From the NCBI GenBank assembly GCA_000002445.1, contig CP000067.1, positions 160,001-224,000 of the forward strand: DNA of 64,000 bases, written 5' to 3'. Source of the stretch: Trypanosoma brucei. Lineage: Eukaryota. A program made the position numbers and the translations under genes. Under the pieces are notes generated by a model, which saw only the letters and a list, made by a program, of their open reading frames with translations, was not told the origin of the DNA and did not search any database. Shown piece by piece: positions 52,180 through 63,300 of this stretch (positions within the stretch are counted from its first letter, which is position 1; every line of letters begins with the position of its first letter).

Positions 52180-55100
52180 TTACGACAAACTGAAGTTCCT
52201 TCTGCCCTCGGTGATTGCTACCAAAAGACGTTCCTTCATTATTTTTCGTGTTGAGTACGGGGGAAGCTTAAAATAGAGAAAACAAGTGTTGCACGATGGC
52301 AGCGTCTGCTCGCCACGACCCTCCAACTCCTTCCGGACAACAGTTATTTTCCTCCCAAGCCCATCCAAGCCATTCAGGGGAAGCTGAGGGCATCCTGTTA
52401 GAAACTCAATAAAAAGTTGTTGCTGTTCACGAGTAAACTCATCACCGACAAGAGAAATGAACGTTTCGACCTCCTGAGAACCAGTGGAGTAGCCATGTGC
52501 CTCCATGACAGCAGCACGCAGCGCCTCTTCACTAAAAAGTTTCTCCTCGGAGTCCTCCGCAGAGAAGCCACAAATAATTGCACTCATTTCATCATCTGTG
52601 AAAAACCAAAAGGCGTCAAGATCCACAACACTTGCAAGACCACGCGCAAACCAGTGGAGATTCGAAACAGCATTAGTCAGGCGCCTCTCTACACACTTTT
52701 CCACATAAAACTTAGCCGTTGAAACGGTCAGCGCCTCACCAGTTTCCTCGTCCTCAAGGCCCATTTGTTCAAGTTCGGCATCCGTCGCTTGGAGAACGCA
52801 CTTGTAGGAATTCGCCAGGGCCGGTTCGACCTCCTCCAAGAGATGCCACAACACCTCCACTGAAGGAGTTTGTGAGCGGATAAGCGGCCACACGACCGGC
52901 AAAAGACTAATATCCATCGTATAGCCATCAGCGAAGGCCCGACCACAGCTAGCACCGAGAACAAAGAACCTCTTGGGATGAACCTGCTGCATGCTGGGAA
53001 AGGCGATGCACACACCATCATCCCGGTGGTGCCATAGTTCCGACATGCTGCGATACCGACGTGACAGCTCGGCATACAACTCCTGTGTTGGACCTTCTCC
53101 TGTGCCCTCCTCGCCCTCAAAATTAAACTCCACTTTGTTACGCAACGTGGGATATTCCAGAAAAACTTTGTACAACGTGTTCGTAATGCTTTCAGTATTC
53201 CTCTTCACCGTTACCTTAAACGCAAGACCATTACTAGCTATGCTTCCAGTAACAGTTCCCCGTACATTCACACCGACATCTTGCAAGTGGTAGAGGCCAA
53301 ACCTGCAGCATCCAACGGCAAGAAAGTGAGCCATGTTACGCTTGAACGCAAGCGAAATATATGGAGCCACCTCCTGAAGTATAAGAACCACTCGTGATGG
53401 AATACCAGAAACCCCGCTTAGGAAAATGTCTTCACCGCGCGACTCGAGGGCATTTACGATGGAAAGTTCAACAGCGGTGTCAACCCACCGCTGAGGTCGC
53501 GTGGCGAGGAAAGTGTGCAAGAACACACGTAATGATGAGTGTTCAGCAATATTGTGAGCCGCTGAGCATGCGACAAACGGAGGACAAGGGATGCAGCAAC
53601 GACACTCACCGCCTACTGGGGCTATGTGTACATCATTTCCTTCAAGCAACGATACAGGTCGGCTAGCGGGTACAACACCACTCGAAGTAAAAAGCATCAC
53701 TTCACCGGCATTCCCGCTGCAACCACTTTTTCTTTTTTGAGAAGAAGTGCTACTGGTGGAAGGCGATCTTTTCAACTTTAACGCCTTCCAGGATTGTATG
53801 ACATCCCCAACGACTGCCGAGGAATTTGTCTCCATGCGAGAAAGCTTCTCGTCTACACAGTTACTACATAAGTCATAATTACAGTCTCTGCATGCAAGGG
53901 ATCCAAATGCATTCGCGAAAGCACAAGAATCACATCTCCAGTTAACACTAAAGTGTACACGAAGAGCATGTCCATTGGGACACCGCGGAGCGCCCTTCCC
54001 CTTAATTCGATCACCTGCACTGCAGATGTTTACTGTATAAGAAGTGCTGCGCACTCTCTCCGCAAGGTCCTCACCCACGGGTTTGCACGATGCCGTATGA
54101 TGAAGCACACGCAACACATATGTTTGTGCGACAGTTCTCATCCGTGAAGCCAGTACATCATCTTTTTTCATTTCTTCACACAAAGCCATCATCTGCTCCT
54201 CACCATACGGCGACTTCTCCAACCCTTGGACAAACGCCAACAATTCTGAGGAGGAGGTTGTACGCAAGAACGCCAGCACATTACCAGGGGACCGTTGAAC
54301 CTCCCGCAGACAGTCGGCGCCACGCTTTACCTCTGAAGTTGAGCTTTCAATCCTGTTCTTTTTACCTCCATCTCGGGCCAAACACTCGGCGGCCGGCGTG
54401 TCAGCAACCCCGGCTTCCTGCAGTACACTTGCCCATCTTTTATCTCGTTTCAGCAGTGTAGCGCATATTTCGCCAACTGTAGGCTCCTTCTGATCAGCTG
54501 GTAGACTGCAGAAAGCGGTAATGACGTCCATCGTGTTCGTGGGGTCGCCACTGCATATGATATAAAACCGTATGGAACGCGCCAAAGAGGCCACCTGCGT
54601 GTGTCCGAATGACAAGGGACGTAACGCATCTTGCACAGCAGCGCAAACCTTTTTCTTAAGCATCATACCTCGTGTCGGAATAGCTAGTCCCCCATCAAAT
54701 GATATGGCACACGGTATGGGTTGGAAATGCACCCTTGAGGCTGTGTCGCCGTGTGCAAAGTTGTCCGTCATGGTTTGCAAATCAATCACGTGACGACCCG
54801 GGGCAACAATCCTTGACCGCTCAGCGGAGAAGTACATTGTCGTCAACCGTCGTCTGACTTTTTTAATGTACAAATGGTACTCATCGTCTCTACCACGCCA
54901 TGCCCATATATATTCACTCTGAAAGTTAAAATTTGCACCACACAACTTCGCCAACAGCACCAGGGCACTCCACAACAGCGATGGCACGACCCATCGTAAG
55001 TTCGGCAAGGTCGGTGTGCTGTCGATCCACGGTTGCTCAGCATTAACCGCCACAGAGTCACTGCCGCTATTAAACGGATTGGAAAAACTCGCGCTGCGCA

Positions 55101-56040
55101 CTTCACTCCGCAGCAAGAGTTGCGCTAACCACAACATTGCCGATTCGCACGCTTCTCTGGGAAGTAAGTGAGTTTCAATCACACTAGCCAGGCACGCCAG
55201 TGTGAGTTGGACACGCGAACTCGCCGTCCCGCTACCTGCGATCCGCTCACCAATCTGAAGTAAAGTTACCATCATATTCCTAAGAGAAGTTATATGAGTG
55301 GATGATGATGATGCACCCCCTTCTTCCGACCCGCGGCGATGTTTTCCTCCTTGTCGGTCTGGGGACAAAACACGCGGGGCGCACCACGCCCGATACGTTA
55401 AAATGCCCTCCACAACTGTGCGGAGGAGTTCGTCCCATTCGTGGTCAATGTCCAAGTGAAATAAAGCCATCAGGTGGTGATGCACCAACTGTTCCAGTGC
55501 CCTGCAATCCGTAGCACTCTTCAGTTCCTTCTGTCGCATCAATCCGATGGAATGATGGAGAACTTTACACGAAGTACGCTTGGAGCCATCCACAGCAGCA
55601 AGACAAAACTGGATCTGTTCCTCTGTGGATGGCACTACAACAGCAAGTTCACAACACTTGCTAGAAAGGGATAAACACTGCAGTACCTCCTCCTTCAACT
55701 CGCCCTCCGATGACTTCTCAAAGTGCAGTGACTCTCTTTTTTGCATGTCCACCATGGAAACCACAGTGGAAAAACATTTCCTGAAAGTATCCAATCCATT
55801 TCTCGTATCCAGAGAAAATAAAGAGCCTGAAAGCCTATCAAGTATAATAACAATCGCACGAGCAGCCATTACCATCACATCACCACTGCTGCTGCCTTTT
55901 GTCAATGCCATATCAATGGCCCTGATGAGTGGCTGCAATGGAACATCTGTCGAGTCTCCTGCAATAATAAGAAGCGTGCAAAGATCTGAAAGCAGGTCAT
56001 ATGGGGCCCGCGATGGCGTGACATCAAGGGATAGAAACAT
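52180..56040 (-). CDS. HECT-domain E3 ubiquitin ligase with an internal ZZ-like zinc finger.
   Basis: ATG at 56040. C-terminal HECT C-lobe: ...TLPSCNTCFLYFKLPPYSTRKIMKERLLVAITEGRRNF (compare E6AP [37 protein letters not shown]; the catalytic Cys is in SCNTC). Cys/His cluster: CPNGHALRVHFSVNWRCDSCAFANAFGSLACRDCNYDLCSNCV. Confidence 0.85.
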   Translation of the reverse strand: MFLSLDVTPSRAPYDLLSDLCTLLIIAGDSTDVPLQPLIRAIDMALTKGSSSGDVMVMAARAIVIILDRLSGSLFSLDTRNGLDTFRKCFSTVVSMVDMQKRESLHFEKSSEGELKEEVLQCLSLSSKCCELAVVVPSTEEQIQFCLAAVDGSKRTSCKVLHHSIGLMRQKELKSATDCRALEQLVHHHLMALFHLDIDHEWDELLRTVVEGILTYRAWCAPRVLSPDRQGGKHRRGSEEGGASSSSTHITSLRNMMVTLLQIGERIAGSGTASSRVQLTLACLASVIETHLLPREACESAMLWLAQLLLRSEVRSASFSNPFNSGSDSVAVNAEQPWIDSTPTLPNLRWVVPSLLWSALVLLAKLCGANFNFQSEYIWAWRGRDDEYHLYIKKVRRRLTTMYFSAERSRIVAPGRHVIDLQTMTDNFAHGDTASRVHFQPIPCAISFDGGLAIPTRGMMLKKKVCAAVQDALRPLSFGHTQVASLARSIRFYIICSGDPTNTMDVITAFCSLPADQKEPTVGEICATLLKRDKRWASVLQEAGVADTPAAECLARDGGKKNRIESSTSEVKRGADCLREVQRSPGNVLAFLRTTSSSELLAFVQGLEKSPYGEEQMMALCEEMKKDDVLASRMRTVAQTYVLRVLHHTASCKPVGEDLAERVRSTSYTVNICSAGDRIKGKGAPRCPNGHALRVHFSVNWRCDSCAFANAFGSLACRDCNYDLCSNCVDEKLSRMETNSSAVVGDVIQSWKALKLKRSPSTSSTSSQKRKSGCSGNAGEVMLFTSSGVVPASRPVSLLEGNDVHIAPVGGECRCCIPCPPFVACSAAHNIAEHSSLRVFLHTFLATRPQRWVDTAVELSIVNALESRGEDIFLSGVSGIPSRVVLILQEVAPYISLAFKRNMAHFLAVGCCRFGLYHLQDVGVNVRGTVTGSIASNGLAFKVTVKRNTESITNTLYKVFLEYPTLRNKVEFNFEGEEGTGEGPTQELYAELSRRYRSMSELWHHRDDGVCIAFPSMQQVHPKRFFVLGASCGRAFADGYTMDISLLPVVWPLIRSQTPSVEVLWHLLEEVEPALANSYKCVLQATDAELEQMGLEDEETGEALTVSTAKFYVEKCVERRLTNAVSNLHWFARGLASVVDLDAFWFFTDDEMSAIICGFSAEDSEEKLFSEEALRAAVMEAHGYSTGSQEVETFISLVGDEFTREQQQLFIEFLTGCPQLPLNGLDGLGRKITVVRKELEGRGEQTLPSCNTCFLYFKLPPYSTRKIMKERLLVAITEGRRNFSLS

Positions 56041-56444
56041 ATGGAACGAGATATACTCGTCAATGATTAATTCCCCACCCTCAACCTTGCTTTTCGACTT
56101 CTTTAGCTTCTTCTTATTTTAAAAAAAAATAAAAAAACTTCCCCTCCCTTATGTTCGAGATCTTACTTAAGAGGAGACACAACACCTCACACTATTGCCT
56201 GGAGTCACTTAAATTATTTTTATTTTTGAAAAAAAAAAGGAGAAAAAAAAGGTCAGTGCAGTCGATGTGTTCACTCGTCCAAAAATTAAAAGAAGAATCA
56301 GTGATAAGAGAGGGGGGAAAAGAAGGGAAAATACATCTGGAAGGGAAAATGGAGCAGCAGACGATGTAAAACTTCCTCAGCACTACACGCCACAGCATCC
56401 CCAACAAGAAGAATCCAACATTAGAAACAATAGGGAGGAGGAAA

Positions 56445-56464
56445 ACACACACACACACACACAC
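56445..56464. repeat. (AC)10 microsatellite. An (AAT)n/(ATC)n run follows at about 56540-56582.
   Basis: acacacacacacacacacac; then aataatagtaataataataataataataatcatcatcatcat. Confidence 0.9.
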
Positions 56465-56684
56465 AATCCACTCTGCAGCAAACCATTCATTGATAACACA
56501 ACGTTATCACTTCCACACGCATAAAATACACACCAAACAGTAATAATAGTAATAATAATAATAATAATAATCATCATCATCATACAAACCAAACAAAACC
56601 ATATCAAATCAAAAAAAGTTTTTTTGTTTCAGCAACCTCCAATCACCCTCAATCCAAATCCGCAGTCGCTTGCATAAACCCCCG

Positions 56685-56942
56685 TCAGTTATGCGTAAAT
56701 ATTTTCCAACCGAGCCAACTGAAATATGCGGCAACAACAATTACCGGTGGCACAAGAGGAGGAATGAGCGCACGATACCACATCGGGTCCATCACTGAGC
56801 GCTCACTTCGTTCAATAGGGCGATTAAGACATTCCCACATGCATAAAACAAACCATAAGACGCCCGCCCATGCGGTTATCAATGAGGGCCAACCAAGTAA
56901 AAAGCACTTTAGTGGTTGATTCCTGTAGTCCAGGGCATACAT
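56685..56942 (-). CDS. Small 85-aa two-TM membrane protein, a DPM2/PIG-P-family-like candidate; it sits in what would otherwise be a 2-kb inter-CDS gap.
   Basis: Track ORF 56685..56972 starts at GTG; the first ATG is at 56942, giving MYALDYRNQPLKCFLLGWPSLITAWAGVLWFVLCMWECLNRPIERSERSVMDPMWYRALIPPLVPPVIVVAAYFSWLGWKIFTHN. There are two hydrophobic helices and a loop motif P.WYRA.IPPL resembling DPM2 (YFLPRAYAVAIPL) / PIG-P (YWPQKYWAVALPV). It is on the same strand as all neighbours. Immediately upstream on the sense strand there is a polyY tract followed by AG dinucleotides (revcomp of 56975-57045: ...cccttgtcatcttcatcccctccttttttattttattttattttatttctcccgtttctcgtattAGtgctgttAGttacggatcttacaaattgtATG). 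Confidence 0.55.
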   Translation of the reverse strand: MYALDYRNQPLKCFLLGWPSLITAWAGVLWFVLCMWECLNRPIERSERSVMDPMWYRALIPPLVPPVIVVAAYFSWLGWKIFTHN

Positions 56943-56974
56943 ACAATTTGTAAGATCCGTAACTAACAGCACTA

Positions 56975-57045
56975 ATACGAGAAACGGGAGAAATAAAATA
57001 AAATAAAATAAAAAGGAGGGGATGAAGATGACAAGGGAAACAAGT
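56975..57045 (-). promoter_or_regulatory. Sense-strand polypyrimidine tract plus downstream AG acceptors, immediately 5' of the small 85-aa ORF.
   Basis: Revcomp reads cccttgtcatcttcatcccctccttttttattttattttattttatttctcccgtttctcgtatt followed by AG...AG within about 35 nt of the ATG at 56942. Confidence 0.45.
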
Positions 57046-58134
57046 CACTCCAAGTACTCGACCACTACCTGATCCGCTTTTTTTTCTTCTTTTGTCGTTT
57101 CTTATTTACGTTCTATCTGCAGTATCTATTTTATGGTGTTTTCCTTTTTTAAGAAAATAATATGTTACCTATGTGAGAGAAATAAATAAACTGAAAAAAA
57201 GTTACTCCAGCTTCAACGTCGCCGCAACTCGTTCTGGTGAACGAGACACTGCTTGCCGCAACTACCAGAAGCAACACATAACATATATATGGAGGAGGAA
57301 AATGTTTTTTTTTTCAAAAAAAAGGACCAATTTCCCGCACGCAACAAAAAAAAAAACAAAGAGAAAAGAAGGAGGAAAATTCGGGGACAAGCAAAAAACA
57401 GGTTCTGCAAACAGTCAAACATTCGGGAAATAGAGAAGAACAAAAAAAGGAAACCGCATGAAAGATGTGAGGGTAGTAATGATTTTCTTTTTTTTTTTTT
57501 GCAAAGCAAAAAAAAAGAGACGCACCCCACCAAAACAAAAGAAAAAAGAAAATGAAATCCACCGCGCAGTAGCAAGGGCCCTCGTCCAGTTTTTATAGCC
57601 ATCAATCACAACGCCACACCAAAGAAAAACTCGACATTTATGCGAAATTCGCCACCCCATTTACTTGCAAACACCTGTGCACGCATGCAAAAATGTTTAG
57701 ATATATAAACAAAAGTTTATCCGAACCTCAACGTATTTGTGTAAATAGATATGAGCACGAAGGTATTTGTGTCTATGAACTGGTTTGTTCCGTCTAGCGT
57801 AAAGCACACATGTAGAAAATTAAGCAAAAATCGGTTACCGCCCAATATCTCGAACCCACAATCCCCCACCTGATAACGAAAGGCTAAAAAGAAAAAAAAA
57901 ACACACACACACACGCAGAAATATCACCAACCCACGCAACACTAGGAACGAAACCAAAAAGAAAAAAGAAAATAGGGGTGTAATAAACGTGAGGCGAACA
58001 GACGTACGTAACCGTAATTCTTTTTGTTTGTTTTTCTTGCTATTGCTATTGTTTGTCTTCTCTCTTCCCTTTTTAATGTTTCTATTCGTGAAAAAAAAAA
58101 ATAGAATATATTTCCTTCTCACCTTTCTATTGTT

Positions 58135-58797
58135 TTAAAATAACTGGGCTCGCCTTGATGGCTTACTCACTTTACTAAACAATGGGGTGTAAGCCCCTGG
58201 ACCCGGCGTCACGCCATCTATTATATCATTCCAGCGATATGGCGTGTTGTCGCGGCGCCCAGAGCGCTGTGAAGGCGCAACGTTTTTGTTCCTAATCATC
58301 AATTCCATTTCTGTACCGAGAAAATAAATTCCGTTGCACTCTGGAGGTGGAATGAAGCGCCGCTCACGAGTGAAGGTTCTGGCACGCGGGTTATCTTCCA
58401 TCAGGAAACTTCCCATCACCAGTGAGCTGTCACGGCTCCAACTGCGGCGCATGCTCTCTTTCATTTCCAAATATGGAGTTCTCTGTGCAGTCTGCTGTCG
58501 TTCCTTTTCATTGGGAATTCGAATACTGTGATCAGAAATGGGAGGCCGCGGTGGTCGCAAGGGGAGTGTTCGTTGCGATGGTTGCGAGTGCCGACGCCTA
58601 TTTTGCGTAGGACCCCGCAATGAACGTGGGCGAGAAGAACTTTGATCGGAAGCGCCGAGGATTCTCCTCCGCTGCTCTTCCAGCTCTTCACGGCGCTGCT
58701 TTAAATCATTCAACTTCTTTTGTATATCCGAAAGCTGCTTGGCGGTGTCTGCTCCAACAAAGGAATCACCATCTGAATTAGGAGATATGTTCGCCAT
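58135..58797 (-). CDS. Hypothetical protein with an N-terminal coiled coil and an Arg/Ser-rich tail.
   Basis: Track start is GTG; the first ATG is at 58797 (MANISPNSDGDSFVGADTAKQLSDIQKKLNDLKQRREELEEQRRRILG...). Confidence 0.55.
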   Translation of the reverse strand: MANISPNSDGDSFVGADTAKQLSDIQKKLNDLKQRREELEEQRRRILGASDQSSSRPRSLRGPTQNRRRHSQPSQRTLPLRPPRPPISDHSIRIPNEKERQQTAQRTPYLEMKESMRRSWSRDSSLVMGSFLMEDNPRARTFTRERRFIPPPECNGIYFLGTEMELMIRNKNVAPSQRSGRRDNTPYRWNDIIDGVTPGPGAYTPLFSKVSKPSRRAQLF

Positions 58798-59001
58798 CAG
58801 ATTAGTCACGTAACCTTCTTTTTCCCCTCCCTGCTCCCTTGTCTATTCGTTCCGCAACACTTTCGTAACTGCACGGCTTCGGTACGTCTCACTTTATTAA
58901 TTCCACCAAGCAAAAACACGCGTTGGGGATCCGTAACACACCGATCCCTCAACCCTAGCGACTAAACGCAAGAAACCCAAAAAAAAAATAATGTGTGTAC
59001 A

Positions 59002-59006
<5 letters not shown>

Positions 59007-59034
<28 letters not shown>
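59007..59034. repeat. (TA)14 microsatellite.
   Basis: Read directly. Confidence 0.9.
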
Positions 59035-59037
<3 letters not shown>

Positions 59038-60372
59038 GATTGATGAGAACCTATCCTTCTAACGGAGCAAAGAATATGCTTACCACTACACTGCACGTGC
59101 GTGTTAGCAGACTTCTCTCAAGCAGTAAGAAAAAGAAAAAAAAATGGTGGAAGAAAAAAATAGTGAAGCGTACAAACGAAAGCATTTACACTTCTTCTTA
59201 TGCTGCCCCTTCATGGAAAGGCAATACTAAACAAAATACCTCCAACCTCTTATTTGCGGTCACATGTACAACCTCACCTCACGTCAACACCGCAAATCCA
59301 CAGTAATGTTCCACATGTGTGGTGAGCATTCCAGGCTGGTCAAACAAATGTGCATATGAAATGAAACGAAGAAAAAACGTCATCAACAACATCCCTCCCT
59401 CTCTTTTCTTCTTCTTTTTAAAAAAAAAATTTCCCATCCGAAACATGCAACCAATCCTTCTCTTTGAAGCATAATTCAAGAAAAATTAACAAAAAAGGGA
59501 AGGAACAAAAAAAAAAAAACAAGCGCGCCCTCACATAAGTGTTTCCTTCCACATAACTCTTTCATAGTCACCAGCATTCATCTCACTTTTTTGTCTTCTC
59601 TCTCTCTCTCTTCCCCCCCCCCAAATGCCGGATTCGCCGCTAAAACAACAATAAAAAAAAAGAGTTTTTCTCTTGAGCATTGCACCCCGCATCCCCTTTC
59701 AACGACACCAATAGGAATGGAGGAAGCCGAAAGAGGGGAATGATGATAATGAAAGTGACAAAAGAATTACGTGATGCAACGAAACTAAAAAGGAAAAAAA
59801 ACTGCACAATAAGATAATTCCGTTGTGCGTTTGAAAAATATGGTGCTTTCTCAACCACTTACACACACCAAGTCAATCACACACTTACACGCATATATGT
59901 GAGGACACAGAAATGCTATCCACACCACTTATCGCACATGTACTCATATGCCACTTTGTTGTCCCTGGCACACCTGTCCATGATTTTGTATCATTTCAAT
60001 CGGCACGGGAACATCCCTAAAAGGGAAAGGAAATGGTGAAACGTAGTGGTGGATAAAAAGAAAGAAAAAGAATAATTAGACACAGAACCCCGATAGAGAA
60101 CATGAAAAAAAAAAAGTTAGAAGCCACGAAGAGGGGGATAACACTACAGCAAAACCCCATCTCGTTCTTTTTTTTTCCAGTATCAAAGCGTTCATCCAAC
60201 ACCTGTAATCACTTTCGCTCGCTGTTTCTCCTCTATGAATTAGTGGGGCGCCAGTCTTTAGGGAAATTTTAACATGAAAAAGGGAAAAAAAAACATGATA
60301 TACCTCCTTTTCCGCGCCCCTCGTCAACACAGTGCAGTAAAACACGATGTTGCTTCTGCTCCCTGGTGTCCA

Positions 60373-63300
60373 CTACCAGAACGGTGCCCAACCAGTTATA
60401 TATGCCTCAGCAAGATTATCAAGACTTGTTGCTTCTTCAATAAGACGGTCGACTTGACTCGCTACGTTCTGCAAGTTTTCCTGATTATTAACTGTTCGGA
60501 ATGATGACCATGAAGGAAGCGCTCTGCCATCTGTCATATACACATCCCTGGACGACTCAGCAAGGCCCTGCGACCACCAGGAGAAGGGATCGTTTGGATC
60601 TTCAGAAACCTCCCGTCGAGACGGCTGCCCCGCAACCACGTGGCATCCATCGGCAAAATCTTCACCCGTCAGCTTCGCACGGACGCGGGCCAAAGCCAAG
60701 TCCCCTTGCGTGTTACGAGTTTCTTCCTCACCAGTCTGTTCTAATGTCGTTCCAGGTGCCTGCTCACGAACTTTCAAAACTGACCGCGAAAGCTGCATCG
60801 GAGGGCCATCGATGAGGCCATCTGGTTCAGCAAATGGGCTCGCTTCACCGCCTGCCACGGGGGCCTCCAATAGCGAGGCGGAATTCTCCCCTTCGGCAAC
60901 GGTCGTCAGACGCCAGTTGATGAGCGGATCGTAAATGAATGCTTCAAGAATTGAAAGGAGGTTCTCCGAGTGCCGCCGGAGGATTTTCATTACCAGTTCA
61001 CATGTCAAGCGAAAAACGCCGTCAACACCAGTGATACCCAAAGCAGGAACAAGCAAACGAGTTAATCGAAACGGCACCGCCTCGGAATACAACGAACGGT
61101 GCATAGCCACTTCAAAGCAATCACCAAAGTCAATGTGGACGACAGATCCCTTATCCTGAAGCATTAAATTATTGAGATGCCTGTCTCCCAACCCTAATAC
61201 ATATCCCACAATCGACATTATGGCCAACGTGTGGCCGTAAGTCCCCCTGTACTGCAACCAATGTTCGCACGTATCATTTTTGTCCCAAATAATACGCCGC
61301 AGTTCATCATCAGGGGTGCTGGCCATAACGTGACTTAGTAGCTGCTTCCTCTCCTGTTTGTTCCGATGATGATACTCTGTGATGTTGACTAACTTTCCCT
61401 TTTCCACTATCATGCTCACCTCTTTATAGATGGAAATATTGTGATCCTTCCGCCACCGCTCTAGCATCTTGTATATCGTTTCAGTGTTCTCCACCCACCC
61501 GATAATACCCACGTTATCGGTTAATGGAATGACAGCGTACTGGGGAATGATTAAGCCCATTGCGTTCGATAAGCTGTCCGAAGAGAATATGGTATTGATC
61601 AACTCAATAAACTGCATGACACGCTCATCCTGACGTAAATCTTCGTGTCCTTTCAGAAGAAACCGATATTTACTCCCATCTGAACCGTCTACACCGAAGC
61701 GCCGAGGCCGCTGCTTAGACGGCATAACATAAACACGAGAATGAAACTTCTGAATCGTAATGAGTTGCTGACCTAACACAAACGTACCAGGGACCGGGAC
61801 ATTGCTTTTGTTTATCTTTACAAGCGTGGGGGACAAATCATCCATCTGAAGCCGTCGTTCTCCGACTGCTTTGTGCAGTTCGCAGTAAACCTGCTTCAAG
61901 AGGACCCATGCCTCCTGCGATTCCCCTTTCTGTAGCGCTGCCCAGGCACGCCGCAGGGTTGAACCGTGAACTTTCACAAAATGCTGTTCATTGGGTGTCG
62001 ACTCCTTCTTCATCTCCTCGTAGAGGGGACGCAGGATGTTGCGGATTTCTGACACATTTTCTGGCTTCCCAGCTGCCAGTTGAATACAGTTGTGCCATTT
62101 TTCGGTCCATAAGATAGCAATTCGAACCATTTCGTTGCTGATTAGTGAAGCCTCCTCCACCATAGGGCCATTGGTGACCCGAATACCCTTAAGCACACGC
62201 TCAGCCGCCTGCCGCCGCATGACCTCGGGTGATTTCTCTGTCACAGTAAGTGGATATAGGAGAGCATGTGGGAAGTTGCTGCCGATACTCACAAGCAGAT
62301 CCGTGAGAATAGACCTTGCCTTGGCTCCCGTAATGCCTATACGCGCAACCAGTTGTGGAATAACGTTCAGCCACACGTAGCACGGGACACTTTTGATGCC
62401 CTCCTGAATTGCTTCGTTGACCTCATTCACAGTGCTGTGCGAAAACCAAATTGAGAGAATGCGAAGCACATCTTCCATCACACCATTGCTCTCCCTCCGA
62501 GACAGAGCCACGGCCTTGAACAACGCGGTAATTGACTCGATGTGATGCTTCGTTTGAGTCTCTTGCGATGTATTGGGATCACGGGACAAGTCGTAGTGTA
62601 AAATTCCAAGGGAGTGAAATGCAGCACAGTTTTCTGGACAAAGTTGCGTTGCAGTCCTCAGTGTCTCAATTGCCTTAGTTCCGCAATCAGGGAAGAGTTG
62701 AACCGTCCACTCACCGAGCAACAACCAACAGCACCCCCACGCCTCGGCACGGTTACTAGTTGCAGTTAACTGTACATTATTAAGTATATCGGAGAGTAAG
62801 GTGTAAGTCTCCTGCTTCCCTCTGGTGACATAACAGTGCTTCATGTACACATGAATTACATCAGGGTCTAAATTGGCCAACCGTGTGTTTAAGCCGTTAG
62901 GGTGAAGTAAAGTGCTTAGCGTATGGTCAGCTAGTGACGTCCAGTGATGCTTAGTTAAAGCACGCACGCAAACGACCTGCGATGGCAAATCTTCCTGGGG
63001 TGAAAGCACCAATGAATTAATGGTGATGAGTGTCTTTATATGCGCTGGTCGAGAGGACATGAGGGTGACGCGTTTATGCCACAATTCCCTTAACATCTTT
63101 CGCCGTTCACTTCCTGATTTTACAAATGACACAAGCTCCTCAAAGTGTCGCACGTGCTGTAGCTCCACCAGTGTATCGTAAGAGCGATTGTAGCTTTCTG
63201 TGAACGACTCGAAGAATGAATCAAAAAGTGACTTTCTATGCTCATCTACATAATCCAGAAGCTCTCCGTAATGTTTCTGCCGGAAGAGGGAAGCACAACG

